The translations under genes and the position numbers were made by a program. DNA of 64,000 nt. Origin: Rhynchobatus australiae. Taxonomy: Eukaryota. Shown in pieces: positions 49,301 to 61,139 of this stretch. Under the pieces are notes generated by a model. It saw only the letters and a program-made list of their open reading frames with translations, was not told the origin of the DNA and ran no database searches. The stretch covers positions 44,753,795-44,817,794 of the forward strand of contig JAUZTB010000087.1 of assembly GCA_034780895.1 (NCBI GenBank). The letters run 5' to 3'. How positions within the stretch are numbered: position 1 is the first letter of the stretch; each line of letters begins with the position of its first letter.

Positions 49301-52300
49301 GTCATGAAATTTGTTGCTTTGTGGTAGCAGTACAGTGCAAGACATAAAAATTATAACTTATAAGTGCAATAGAGGAATAATGAGGTAGCGTTTGAGGGCC
49401 ATTCAGAAATCTGATGGCGGAGGGGAAAAAGCCATTCCTGAAACGTTGAATGTGGGTCTTTCAGCTCCTGTACCTCCTCCCTGATGGTAGTAACGTGAAG
49501 AGGGCATGTCCTGGAATGGAAAGGGTCCTTCATGAAGGATTTATTGGTGACAGAAGCTATTCCTTAAAGCTATTTTCATTTGCCTTGTATACCTCAGTTG
49601 ACTCAGTGTGCCCAGTATAACATTTAATAGCATAATCTAGTTCCAAAGAGGGAACGACAGAGGTTTTCACTCGTGGGACAGTCTCAAATGAGGGGCNNNN
49701 NNNNNNNNNNNNNNNNNNNNNNNAATGTATTCCTACAGAGGGTAGTGAATTTATGGGATTCACTACCCCAGACAGTTGTGGAGGCCAGCACATCAGAAAT
49801 ATTTCAAGTGAAGGTAGATACATTTTTGAAAGATTGGGGACTTTACAGCTTTGCAGATCTGGCACCAAGGAGGAGTTGAGGGCTGGGGTAGACCGGCCAT
49901 GATCATACTGAATGAAAAGGCAGGTTTGAGGGGCATGGTGGACAATACTTGCTCCTATTTTCTTGTGTAAAGAGCAAGTAGGAACCAATGGATGTGGCAT
50001 TTGATCTTCACATCTTTGATAAAATTGCACACAGATTTGTGAACAGGAACAGAGCATGAGGAATGGGAAGTAACATTCTTGTGTGGATTAAGTATTGGCT
50101 AACCAAAAAAAAAAGTGGTTCTCAGACTGGTAGGCTGTGACCAGTGAGGAACCACAGAGATCAGGACTTGGGCTCTAACTATTCATCATCTATATTAACA
50201 ATAGGGCCAAGGGGATCAAATACATTTACAAGTCTGCTGATAACAAGAAACTAAATAGGGACGTGAATAATGAAGAAGATGCAAAGAGACTGCAACAGGC
50301 TATAGACAGGCTGAGGGTTTGGGCTAACAACATGGCAGATGGAATACAATGAGGTTATCCATTATGGTATAAAAAAATAGAAATACCAACTCATTTTGAA
50401 ATGGTCAAGGTTGGCAAATATTGATGTTTAAAGGAACCTGGGTGTCCTTGTACATAAGCCACTGAAGCTAATATTCGGGTGCAGCAGGCAATTAATGTTG
50501 GCCTTTAATAAGAGGATGATTAAAGTGGTGTTACTACAATTAGATGTGGACATGGTGGGATCACATCTGGAGTAATGTCCACAATTCACTTGTTGTAGGA
50601 GCAGCAATGTTTCACCAGACTGATTCCTTGGAAAGCAGGTCTATCACATGAAAAATTGAGGCAGCGAGGCATCTGTTCATTACAGTTTAAAAGAAATCAG
50701 GGAGCGATATCATTGAAACATATGAAGTTCCCAGAGGGGCCAACAAGATAGATATTGGGAAGATGTCTCCCTTGGCTGAGGCATCTAGAATTAGGGATTA
50801 CTATTTCAAAATAAGATGCAAACTAATTAGGANNNNNNNNNNNNCTGAAATGAGAAATTTCTTTACTTGGGAGGCAGCAAATTCCTACCCCAGAAGGCTG
50901 CAAAGGCTCTTCATCAATTTCATTTACATTTACAATAGATTTCTGGATATTGGTGGAATCAAGGGATGTGGGGATAGGGCAAAAAAAAATGCTGTTGAGG
51001 TAGAGAAGATCTGCCATGATCTTGCTGAATGGCAGGGTAGGCTTGAGGGGCCAAATGGTCACTCTTGTTCCTATTCCTCAAGTTCTGTATAAGCCAGCAC
51101 CATTTCATTGGTAACAGTACCAGTCTTGTTAAAACGAATTCCATCTTCAGTCAAGTATTCTTTTGAATGTGAAAGTAGAATAATTCCTCAACATGAATGG
51201 GCTCAGTCCAACTACATGTCATTTCCATTTCTATTCCTGATTCAGTTTTTATCTACGTGTCTAGCTACTGCTTTTTAGTTAACTATCAGTCTGATCAGTC
51301 CCATTCCCTTAATTGGAGATCAGCATAACATTGGTGCAGCAAATTTTATGATGCCAGGAAGTGATGGATGCACCTAATTTACAGACATACCGTGCATTCT
51401 AGCCAGAACGTACTCAAAACCTTTCATGGTTTTAGCTATGCTGTTCTTAAAGCTGGCAAGGCCGCATTCCTAAAAAAAATGCAAAAGTAGTACAATTACA
51501 CTCGTGTAGGACACGACAGCTCAACAGTAAACATTCTATCACTTGGTGGATGCTTTGTATTCAAAGCAAACCAGCTGAGTGTGAGGAGCATGAATTATCC
51601 TTGAAATTTGGTGCTTTACACCAACCTCAAGTACTCCACAACACACAGAGACAAGTCAAATAGGCAAAATTATCAGATTCATCTGACTGCTGAACGGGAA
51701 TTAGATAAGGATAGTTAAACATGTCACACAGAAGCCTTAACCATCAGACAGCACAAAACGCTTGCTCTTGTACGTAGACCTCAAATCACTTTACACTTCA
51801 TTTACAGTTGCAATATAGTTAAAAGGATGAAAGCATGTGACTCTCAATGAAAATGAAATCTGAAATATACACACTGACCTGAATAGCAAGTGAGAAGCCA
51901 TACAAGTTTGAAGAAATCCAGGCCTCACGTTTAATTTGAGTCCAGTTCATATTCTCAGGATGTAATCCATACACGCAACACTCCTGTACGACCTGATTCA
52001 AGGCAAAACACAGAGACATTAATAGCAAANNNNNNNNNNNNNNNNNNNNNNNNNNNNNNNNNNNNNNNNNNNNNNNNNNNNNNNNNNNNNNNNNNNNNNN
52101 NNNNNNNNNNNNNNNNNNNNNNNNNNNNNCGCTGCCTCAATTTTTCATGTGATAGACCTGCTTTCCAAGGAATCAGTCTGGTGAAATATTGCTGCTCCTA
52201 CAACAAGTGAATTGTGGACATTACTCCAGATGTGATCCCACCATGTCCACATCTAATAGCACTTAAAATTTCTATCATTTTTCACTTATCCCTTTTCCAC

Positions 52301-55300
52301 TGGCATTGGGCTTCATTAAATCTAAGCCAAGTGGTACTGGATTCTACATAGCTGATGAGCATATTATGTCTCATATGGTGGTATAGAAAATGGTCGAATG
52401 ATCCAACAGAATCTGTGTCTTCTTTTGACTAAAAGGCTTGATGGATCAAATAATTTTTTCCAGGCCTTATTAAATCCATTTGATATCCATTGGTGTCTAC
52501 CTTTCAAATGCACACTATGCGAATCCCAGGGTTGCAGCCCAATTCCATATTCCTTCATCCATCTTTCTTTCAGTCACCTAGTTAACCAATTGCTACATAC
52601 TAAATCAGCTCTGCTTCAACTACTAAATCAAGTGTGCATTCCACAACCTAACTTTCTGACCAAAATCTTTTCAATTTAAAGTTATACCTCTGCTGTCATT
52701 CTAAACCCTTCAATTTTTTAAAATGTAGATTTTGAGAGCATAGCCCTTAGTTTTTCCATGTATATTTCAACTTCCAAAGGCCCTATGCTCCTCCACATTA
52801 TTCAAACGATTCTCCATTCAAAAGTATGATTATTACAAGCATCCTAAAACTTTCTCCTGCGCAGGAAGTCCTTCAAGATTGAGGACTACTTTCATTATAG
52901 TTTTGTGGGTTCTGAGATTAACATGGTTCTCATTGAAGTTAACATGAGAATTGATCCTTCTCCACTTTGAGCAATAATGGGCCAGAGATTCCAGGAATCA
53001 GTGGGGATTGTGAATATCCTTGAATCTTTCCTTCCACCTGACTAGTAATCTCTTCCCGCAGTTAATCATAACAGGCTCTTTTTAAAAATTTTCTCTTTTC
53101 ATCATAAATCAGCAGCTTCTTTGGTTCTTCAGAATTATTTACAATGCCTATTATTTTGTTGTCTGTTAATTTTTTATTGATTATAAACTAAGATATGTAA
53201 CAATCTCTGAAGAGGTTATTATTGTCTAACAACAAATACTAGCAGCTCCATGTCCTTAAAATTTCTATTATATTTTCAAAATTCCAACATGCTTCTATCA
53301 TAGTGAAGTGCTTCACATAGATGGCAAGGAGCCAAGAGGTGACCAAAAATGAAATTGAAGAGATGGGGAGGTTTTGAGGCCAGAAGAGAAACATGGTAAA
53401 GAGGGTTTGAGGGTATGACAATTTCATCTTCTTACTATGTTACTGAAGGTAGAGCATTTGCAGGAGGGGATAAAGAAAACTTACTGGTAAAGAGGGTCAA
53501 GGATTTGAATATGATTCATCAATAGATAGGGAACTGATAGGCATGGCCAATGACAGACATAATCAAAGAATGAGACATGATACAAGAAGGAAAGTGGGAT
53601 GCAGAATTTTGGGCAAGGAAAGTTAAACTGGAGTAGCCTACGGACCGTGATCTAGAACAAGTATTTGTTGGGGTTTAAAACAGCGGCCATTCTGAGACAA
53701 AACCATAAACAGTTTCCTGAAGTTAGTTTGCGTGAAAATGGAAAACCATCTTCAGCTGCTTTGTGAACAGTGATATCTTCTGCAGCCTGCTCCTAAAGGA
53801 ACTTAAAAGATGGAGGATGTACCATAATCCATAAAGCATAATAGCCAGGCCATAACTGATATAATACATTAAATTCTGGGGCCCTTACATTAGAAGAGAT
53901 ATTAAAGCAGTGGAGAAGGTACAATGAAGATTCCTTATGATACCAGATGTGAGAAATTAGGATGTTTTATCAGTTGAGCTAATGAGCCTGAGATTTCATC
54001 GAGTATTATGCAATTAAAGAATTGTTTGAAATAAATGGTACAGGATGCATGGAAATAATATTAGGTAGCTAGCCCCAGCTGAAATTATAGTGGCAGCATA
54101 GCTATAAATTTCATGATTCTATAACTAGCTATTTTAGTGTTATTTAACAAATAATAATCTTCCATATACAGTAAAAGCTCCGATACATGGCACATTCCAA
54201 ATCTGGCAGTGTTGTAGATAATCAAATGTGCCAGTTAATCAAGAGATTGCCCAGCTGCTTCCTCTGAAATGCTGGCTAGTGAAGCGCCAGTTAACTGCAG
54301 CTCGATGCCAGTGTGTTGACATGCCACCAAGCACATCAGGCTCAAGCCAGACACTTCTCAGGTACTCGGCTCCAGGCACTCCAGAGTCGCTGACAAATAA
54401 ATGACTGGTATTTGCTCCAGCACTTGGAACTGCACTGTTTCACACACTTGGTGCTAGAACCAAAATGCAAGAGGTATACAAGATGTCCGTCTCCACATAT
54501 TCCACTGAGGAACAGTTGCTCAGGAAAGCCATAGCAAGAGAAGCAATCAATATAAAAAAAACTTTAAAGGCTATGACATACCATAAGCCTCGAATGATTG
54601 ATGTTCCGGGTAAACGTAGTCAAAGTTTTGTGTTTTAAATCCACTACTGAATCTTCTAGAACGAAGGCTGAGTGGGCAACATTAGAAGGAAATAATCTCT
54701 CTGCCCACCGAGGGACTATACTCGTCTTGGTGAGTAGTCTTCGGGAAATCACTCTGTCAGGTGTTACCTCACGATGGATTACATCCTCTGTAAGTACATG
54801 TTTGCTAAGAGTGAAGAAATAGTGAAGTGTTAATAGTTTAGACTTCAGCTTTAGTTTATCATCAGAATGTTTTCACCTTCAAATATTAGATAATNNNNNN
54901 NNNNNNNNNNNTTCCCTAGCCTGTCTTTTTTCTTCTCGCCATTTTTTTTCTCTCTCCTTTTCCTCTCCTCCCCCCATGCAATCTGCCTCCAGAACTTTGA
55001 CCCATCCCCCGGTGGATCTGTTCTCCCCTCTTGCCTATCACTATCTCTTACCTGCATCTACCCATCACCACCTTGTGCCCACCCTGCCTCCCCTTTTTTT
55101 CCACCTATCACTGCTCTGTCTTCCCCCCCTTTATATTGGGATTCCCCTTTTCCTATCTTCAGTTCTGAAGAGTCCTGACCTGAAATGTTGACCATCTGCT
55201 TTTCTCCACGAATCCTGCCTGACCTGCTGAATTCCTCCGGCATTTTGTTGTTTTTTTCCATCTTGATTCCAGCATCTGCAGTCCTTTGTTTCTAATATCA

Positions 55301-56357
55301 GTTAAAGTTTTGCTTTAGACCTACAGCATTGACCAACATTTCCTCTTAAAATAGGTAAAGGCTAACATGTCATTCATTTAATTTCTAATTGTAGAAAGTG
55401 AAAGGTGCAGAAAAGTGCAGCATCTGCCCAAATCATTGTAGTAATACTTCATAAGTAATGAATTCACTTTTGTCTAAGACATTAAACATCCACATGATGT
55501 CACTATTGTGAGAAAAGTCTATTGTGGGATGGAATCCATTTTTTTCCCACAAGAGAATCAAATAGATAGTAACACTCCTTTGCACTGACAGAAAATATTA
55601 AACTTTAAAAAGCACCATCTCAATGATGCAGTATATTTTTCTTTTCTCATAGAGGTCATCCCAAAGACCTTGCCAAATGTGCCAACTGGTTTTGAACACT
55701 TGAGTTCCTTGTGCACAAAGGTTATCAGAAATTAAGTTAACATTACAACAGCAGAACAAAAACTATGTTGGATTCAAGCCTTAGGTTCCAAAGATGATAA
55801 GTGTGTGCTAACAGTTTTCTAACCTAATCCTGATTGACTCTCGTAATTCAAATGAACAAACAAACCCCGGAAATGGAATAGTGCACTGCATTTGGAGTTC
55901 ACAATGAGGTCACCTCTACACTGGAGAAACCAACGTTGACTGAGTGGCTATTTTGCTGAGTATCTGCATTCAGTGCACAGGGGCAAACCCAAGTTTCCCA
56001 GTGCCTGCCTTCTCAATCCTTAGTTAGACTGTAGCTCATCCCTAAAACATCTCTAGCCTCACCCTATCAGGTACTCCCCTTTGTTCTTTCCACCCTCTCT
56101 GCAACTTATAACCAACTTGTTTTCTCTCTTCCATATCATTGAAACAGTTAACTGTTTCTCTTTCCACAGATGCTGCCTGACTTGTTAACTGTTTCCAGCA
56201 TTTTCTATTGTTATTTCAGATTTCCAGCATCTGTAGCTTTTTTGATTTTCAAAAATTGATCTCACCTGTAAGGGTTGGGATAGCGCTGCCAGAATGCAGC
56301 AAATACTTGGTCCCATGAACTCTTCAGGTCATTCAGACACAGAAAATACTTCACCAT
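46253..56357 (-). CDS. PRELID1: PRELI domain-containing protein 1, mitochondrial (phosphatidic acid transfer protein), 215 aa: complement(join(46253..46392,51391..51469,51879..51992,54582..54804,56266..56357))
   Basis: Five GT/AG exons of 92, 223, 114, 79 and 140 nt total 648 nt and are open. The translation MVKYFLCLNDLKSSWDQVFAAFWQRYPNPYSKHVLTED...ETAKEATEKAKETALAATEKAKDLASKA is clearly PRELID1, with its LEA-like tail. Confidence 0.96.
49590..51080 (+). mobile_element. Two decayed CR1 LINE fragments in the last PRELID1 intron
   Basis: FLQRVVNLWDSLPQ..VEA remnant and tail (49590-49960). RT remnants and tail at 50040-51080 (tggcagatggaatacaat; MRNFFT). Confidence 0.75.
51391..51469 (-). CDS. 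PRELID1: PRELID1 coding exon 4 (ECGLASFKNSIAKTMKGFEYVLARMH)
   Basis: 79 nt, acceptor ttttttag, donor G|gtatgt. KTMKGFEY motif. Confidence 0.94.
51879..51992 (-). CDS. PRELID1: PRELID1 coding exon 3 (VVQECCVY...WTQIKREAWISSNLYGFSLAIQ)
   Basis: 114 nt, AG/GT flanks. Matches human WTEIRREAWVSSSLFG. Confidence 0.94.
54582..54804 (-). CDS. PRELID1: PRELID1 coding exon 2 (KHVLTEDVIHREVT...NINHSRLM)
   Basis: Acceptor cactcttag, donor ATG|gtatgt, 223 nt. SRRLLTKT and PRWAERLFP motifs. Confidence 0.95.
54913..55295 (+). mobile_element. Penelope-like terminal fragment (pyrimidine-rich region and degenerate hammerhead core)
   Basis: CTGAAGA-gtcctgacct-GAAA-tgtt-gacc at 55165-55193, followed by the family tail ctgcctgacctgctgaattcctcc...ttccagcatctgcag. 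Confidence 0.65.
55876..56245 (+). mobile_element. Penelope-like element remnant with GIY-YIG endonuclease trace and family tail
   Basis: 55881 onward translates VHCIWSSQ*GHLYTGET, then a frameshift, then R*LSGYFAEYLHSV. This resembles PLE VYCI.C..CG..YIGET.R.L..RFAEHL. It is followed by the ccacagatgctgcctgac...ttccagcatctg tail. Confidence 0.7.
56266..56357 (-). CDS. PRELID1: PRELID1 first coding exon (MVKYFL...FWQRYPNPY)
   Basis: ATG at 56357 (acaATGG), RYPNP motif, donor AG|gtgag. The exon probably extends 5' to an acceptor at 56448/56449. Confidence 0.95.
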
Positions 56358-57289
56358 TGTTCCCAGAAGATAAGAATAAATCAATAAAAACTGAATTTGG
56401 TTCTTTGGTCAAGTGAGCAGAGATTATCATTCCTTGATGCGAGATGGCCTAGATTGTTTGTAAATAAAGTTAAGCATTAGTTTAGTACTCTAATCAAATT
56501 AATTTATGTACTCTCAATTCCAATCCCACATGACTATTTTCTTCCAGAGACCTAATGTCATATTCCTCTGCACATCAATTTCTGTTGTTGTGTCCCAATG
56601 GTAGCCCCCTCCTCCCCCTCCCACCGACATTGAAAACCTTCCCCAAAGGAATGAAACCTTCCCAATAGCAGTCTCCAGTTCTTTGGAATAGAAAATATAG
56701 CCATGAACCTTTTTGCTTATAGTGATCTTATCAATGCTGCTTGTGCATCAGTGTAACTGATTTATTTTTTTAAAAAAGCAGCTTCTCTACTACGTTCCAG
56801 GAATTGTACTATCCACAAGATATCCACATTCACTATCTCAACTTGAATGCTCCTTGCAGTTGGCACATTATGTGCAGTTGCGGTAGTATTATAGGATGGA
56901 CATTAAAGTTAGGGAAGGGCTACAACAATGATTCACTTGATCAATAAGAATGAAGTTATGATGACTACACTTCACTACCAATCTAACTGATAAAACTTAA
57001 TCTGCACCTCCAAAAATTCAATTCCCAGGTTTTGCCAGACACAATGCATTGGTTGTGGAAATCTTTCGGAGAATTTCCTCACCTATTGTCACCTCTAAGC
57101 TGTTTTTATGCAACGTTATCCCGTGATTTCAATTTCCCCCTTTTCTGAATCTCAGCAAGATGTGCTTTCAAACAAATTAACCAAGCACCCATAGAAACCT
57201 GTTCATTCATTCCATCAGTAATGGTGATGCCAGATAATGGTCACAGTTGCCCTTGAGCCAATGCCGGGCTATTTTAAACAATCATTAAC

Positions 57290-57650
57290 CGAGCCTGCAG
57301 CTGCCCCCGACACATGCGTTGCCTTCATATCATCCTTCTTACTTCAGCCCGGCGACGCCTCCGGCCGAGTGGACCCAGCGGTCACCCTGAACACGGCCCT
57401 GCCGTGCAGACACCTCGGGCTCCGTTAAACCCCAGGGCTCCATCAAACCTCATGCCCACAGCCTCTCACCCTTTCCCCCTTTCCCACGGCGGGTACCGGC
57501 TGCCGCTCACCTGCTTCATGTTTCTTTACAAGCTGGGGCCGCCCATCATCACATCCCCTCCCCATCCTCAGCCTCCCCGTCCTCTGGCGGCGACCCTTCC
57601 ACTTCCGGGGGAAAGGGTACGGGGTTTGCGCAGACGCCCTGTGTTGGTGG
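57290..57650 (-). promoter_or_regulatory. PRELID1: CpG island with probable PRELID1 promoter and non-coding exon 1 (about 57600..57511)
   Basis: CpG-rich. The minus strand has the ETS motif CCGGAAGT (57608-57601) and a strong donor CAG|gtgagc at 57511/57510, about 1.06 kb upstream of the acceptor of the ATG exon. Confidence 0.7.
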
Positions 57651-59398
57651 CTGTGGAGGAGTGAATGAGAGCAACTTGCTGCACCTTCACCTGGGGCAGG
57701 GTGACAAACAACTCGCCAAAGGCAGAGGGGAATTGCTCATCTGAGCAAAACTGCAGACAAATATATTACAAAATAAGGTTAGACCTACTACATATAGTAG
57801 ACAACGCGGAGGCAAAAGGAAATGAAGAACTTAAAACAACATGAGTGGAGAGAGAAAAAAAAACTATAGGGCATTAATTAAAAGGCAATTGAACAGTTAC
57901 ATGGACAGGAAAGATTTAGAAGGTTTTGGGAGAACGCTGGCAAGTGGGACTAGTCTGGATGGGCATCTTGGTCAGCATAGGTTTAGCAGGCCTGTTTCCA
58001 TGCTGTATGAGCCAAAGACTGACAAATTATGTGGACCTGGTGACCTGCACTCTGGTTTTCTAAAAGGGGTTTCTGAAGAGATGGATGTAATATTTGGAAT
58101 CTCCAAAATTCCCTAGATTCTAGAAAACCCCAAATGGATTGGAAAGCAGCAATTTTTAAGTTAAAAAATAATAAATCTGAATATTAAAAATCTCTTAAAT
58201 ATTTATTGTACCCAAAAGAGCAACCTTCGAAATTGCACAATAATGGTTTTAAACTTTGTAATCCCAAGAAATCCCATCACCAAATCATCATCAGTGAACC
58301 ATTTCCCTCTAGTGTCCATGAAAAAGCTGAAAAAGCTCACTGTTTCAACATTGCATTTGTCCTCAATGGCTTCTTCCAAATGATGATATTTACTTGATTT
58401 TTCCATCTTAACAGTGCCCAACAAACCCAAACTATCTACAACTCATTATTCGTTGTTCCTTTTTCCTTGCTCTATTTATTTCTGTAATTTATGGTAATTT
58501 TATGTCTTGCACTGTACTGCTGCCACAAAACAAAAAATTTCATGTCATATATCAGTGATGATACATCTAATTCTGGTTCTGATTCTGAGTCAAGAAAAGA
58601 AAGATAACAGGAAACTGCAGGAATGTTGGATACCTATTTAAAGTGAATACAAACATAAAACATAATTTAAAACAGTACTAGCTAATGGCAGCACGGTTAT
58701 ATGAAGGGAAAAAATAAACTACTGGAAGAACTCATTGGGTCAAGCATCATCTGTGGAGGCAAAGGTGGATGTTTTGGGTCGAGACCGTGCAGCAGGATTG
58801 AGAGTATAGAGGGAAGATATATTAGTAATGAATTATTGATATTTGTTGGTATGATTTATTACTCATGGGAGATAACCTGAAATGTTAACTCTGTTTATTC
58901 CAGTACACCTGCTGCCTCCTGCTGAGTGTTTCCAGCATCTTCTGTTTTTCTTCCTATAGTATTCCAATGAAGCCAATGTAAGCTTGGGCTTCACCTTCTA
59001 ACAAGGCATATTGCAGCCATCGGGACTCACTGTTGAATTCAACAATTTCAGATAACAAGCTTTTCCCGATTGTATCAGGACTGGCTGGTGCTGATGGAAG
59101 GCCATTCAACAGCCACATTAAAAAATTTTAAAACTTAAAATTTTATTTACAGTGTGGTAACAGGCCCTTGTGGCCCAACAAGTCTGCGCCGCTCATTTTA
59201 AACCCCAAATTAAGCTACTCATACGTCTTTAGAATGTGGGAGGAAACCGGAGCACCCAGAGGAAACCCACGCAGACACGGGAGAACGTACAAACTCCTNN
59301 NNNNNNNNNNNNNNNNNNNNNNNNNNNNNNNNNNNNNNNNNNNNNNNNNNNNNNNNNNNNNNNNNNNNNNNNNNNNNNNNNNNNNNNNNNNNNNNNNN

Positions 59399-60095
59399 GT
59401 GTTGTGCCCGTGATGGAGCTGGCTGAGTCTACAACCTTCTGCACCCTCTTTTGATCTTGCACATTGGAGCCTCCATATGAGGAGGTGATGCAACCAGTCA
59501 GAATGCTCTCCACCATACATCTACAGAAATTTGCCAGTCTTTGGTGACATACCAAATCTCCTCAAACTCCTAATGAAGTATGGCTGCTGGCATGCCTTCT
59601 TCATGATTGCATCAATATGTTGGGTCCAGCATAGATCCTCTGGGATGTTGATGTCCGGGAACTTCTCACCCTTTCCACCACTGACCCCCTCAATGAGGAC
59701 TGGTGTGTCTTCTCCCGACCACCCCTTCCTGAAGTCCACAATCAATTCCTTGGTCTTGCTGACTTTGAATGTGAGGTGGTTGTTGTGACACCACTCAACC
59801 AGCCAATCTATCTCACTCCTGCATGCTTCCTTGTCACCATCTGAGATTCTGCCAACAACAGTGATGTCATCGGTGAGTGTGGAGAGTACAGCAGTGGGCT
59901 AAGCACACATCCTTGAAGTGTGCCTGTGTTGAATGTCAGTGAGGAGATGTTATTACAATCTGCATTGACTGTGGTTTCCCAATAATGAAGTTAAGGATCC
60001 ATTTGCAGAGGAGGTACAGAGACTCAGGTTTTGAAGTTTGTTGATTAGTACTGAGGGGATGATGGGCTGAGCTGTAATCGATAAACAGCAGCCTG
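59399..60095 (-). mobile_element. Rex1/Babar-type LINE RT fragment
   Basis: MIVDFRK, EDLCWTQHIDAIMKKA, FIRSLRRFGMSPKT and LANFCRCMVESILTGCIT. Confidence 0.88.
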
Positions 60096-60099
60096 TTGC

Positions 60100-60640
60100 A
60101 GGTCTTTATAAAACAATGGTGAAACCACATCTGGAATATTGCATACACTTTTCATCACCCCAGTACAGAAAAGATGTGATTGCTCTGCAGAGGGTGAAGA
60201 GGAGATTCAACAGGATGTTGCCTGGATGGAGAGTCCCAATTATAAGGAGTGACTTTATCGGCTGGGTTTGATTTCCTGGGAATGGAGAAGACTGAGGGGG
60301 GAACCTGATAAAGGTGTATAAAATTATATGAGGTATGGATAGGGTAGCCAGTAGTAAATTTCTTGCTGTGGCCATAACCAGAGGACATATGTTTAGGGTA
60401 AGGTGTAAGAGGTTTAGAGGGGAGATAACGAAGATTTTTTTTCAGCAAGAGGGTAGTTGGAATGTGTTGCCTGAGAGGGCGCCAGAGGCAGATACTCCTG
60501 CAACATTTAAGTAACTAGATGAGTAGTTGAAATGCCAAGGCATAAAAAGCTATGGACCAAGTGCTGGTAAATAGGATGTGTATAGATGGTCAGCATGGGC
60601 AGAGTGGTCCAAAGGGCCTGTTTCTGTGCTGTATGATTCT
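60100..60640 (+). mobile_element. CR1 LINE 3' fragment with tail
   Basis: LYKTMVKPHLEYC..F.SP.YRKDVIALQRVKRRFNRMLPG remnant and tail aagggcctgtttctgtgctgtatga. Confidence 0.85.
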
Positions 60641-60680
60641 ATTAATGCCCCAACAGTTTTATTTCACTTTTCTTTAATAT

Positions 60681-60965
60681 GGAGTGCAGCTGCCTCACAG
60701 CGCCAAAGACCAGGATTCAATCCTGACGTCTGTGTGTTTCCCCATTCTCCCTGTGAATGCATGGGTTTCCTCCCACAAACCAAAAATATCTGGGTGCGTA
60801 GGTCAATTGGCCACTGTAGATTGCCTTTAACGTGTAAGTGAGTGTTAGAATCCAGGGGAAGTTGATGGCAAACGGAGAGAATAAAACGGGATTACTTTAA
60901 GTAGGTCGACAGTCAGTGTGGACTCGGGGAGTCGAAGGGCCAGTTTCCATGCGGTGTCTCATGAT
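60681..60965 (+). mobile_element. HE1-like SINE with CR1-derived tail
   Basis: Head gctgcctcacagcgcca..gaccaggattcaatcctgac, partial V-domain and tail gaagggccagtttccatgc. Confidence 0.7.
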
Positions 60966-61139
60966 GTTTACTAGTGTAATTTTCTAAGTACAGTAATACA
61001 ATAAAGGTATCACAATGCATGTGGTCCGCGTTGTGCTATGGTATATTGCGGCACCGAGGACTGCACTACAGACTCGTTGCGGATAACAACACAGGTGGAT
61101 GCCACCAAGGCCGCTGGAAATGTTGCCTCCTCCATGTAC

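Larger units (their letters stand above)
50539..52257. repeat. 128-bp inverted duplication (50539-50666 vs 52130-52257)
   Basis: The two segments are reverse complements with one mismatch that I could see. The second copy abuts a 100-N gap. Confidence 0.9.

Noticed and set aside
54606-54608. PRELID1 TFTRNINH instead of human TFTWNINH, and a one-codon-shorter exon
   Set aside because: The frame is intact and, as I recall, Arg occurs at this position in yeast Ups1. This is ordinary divergence and not pseudogenisation.
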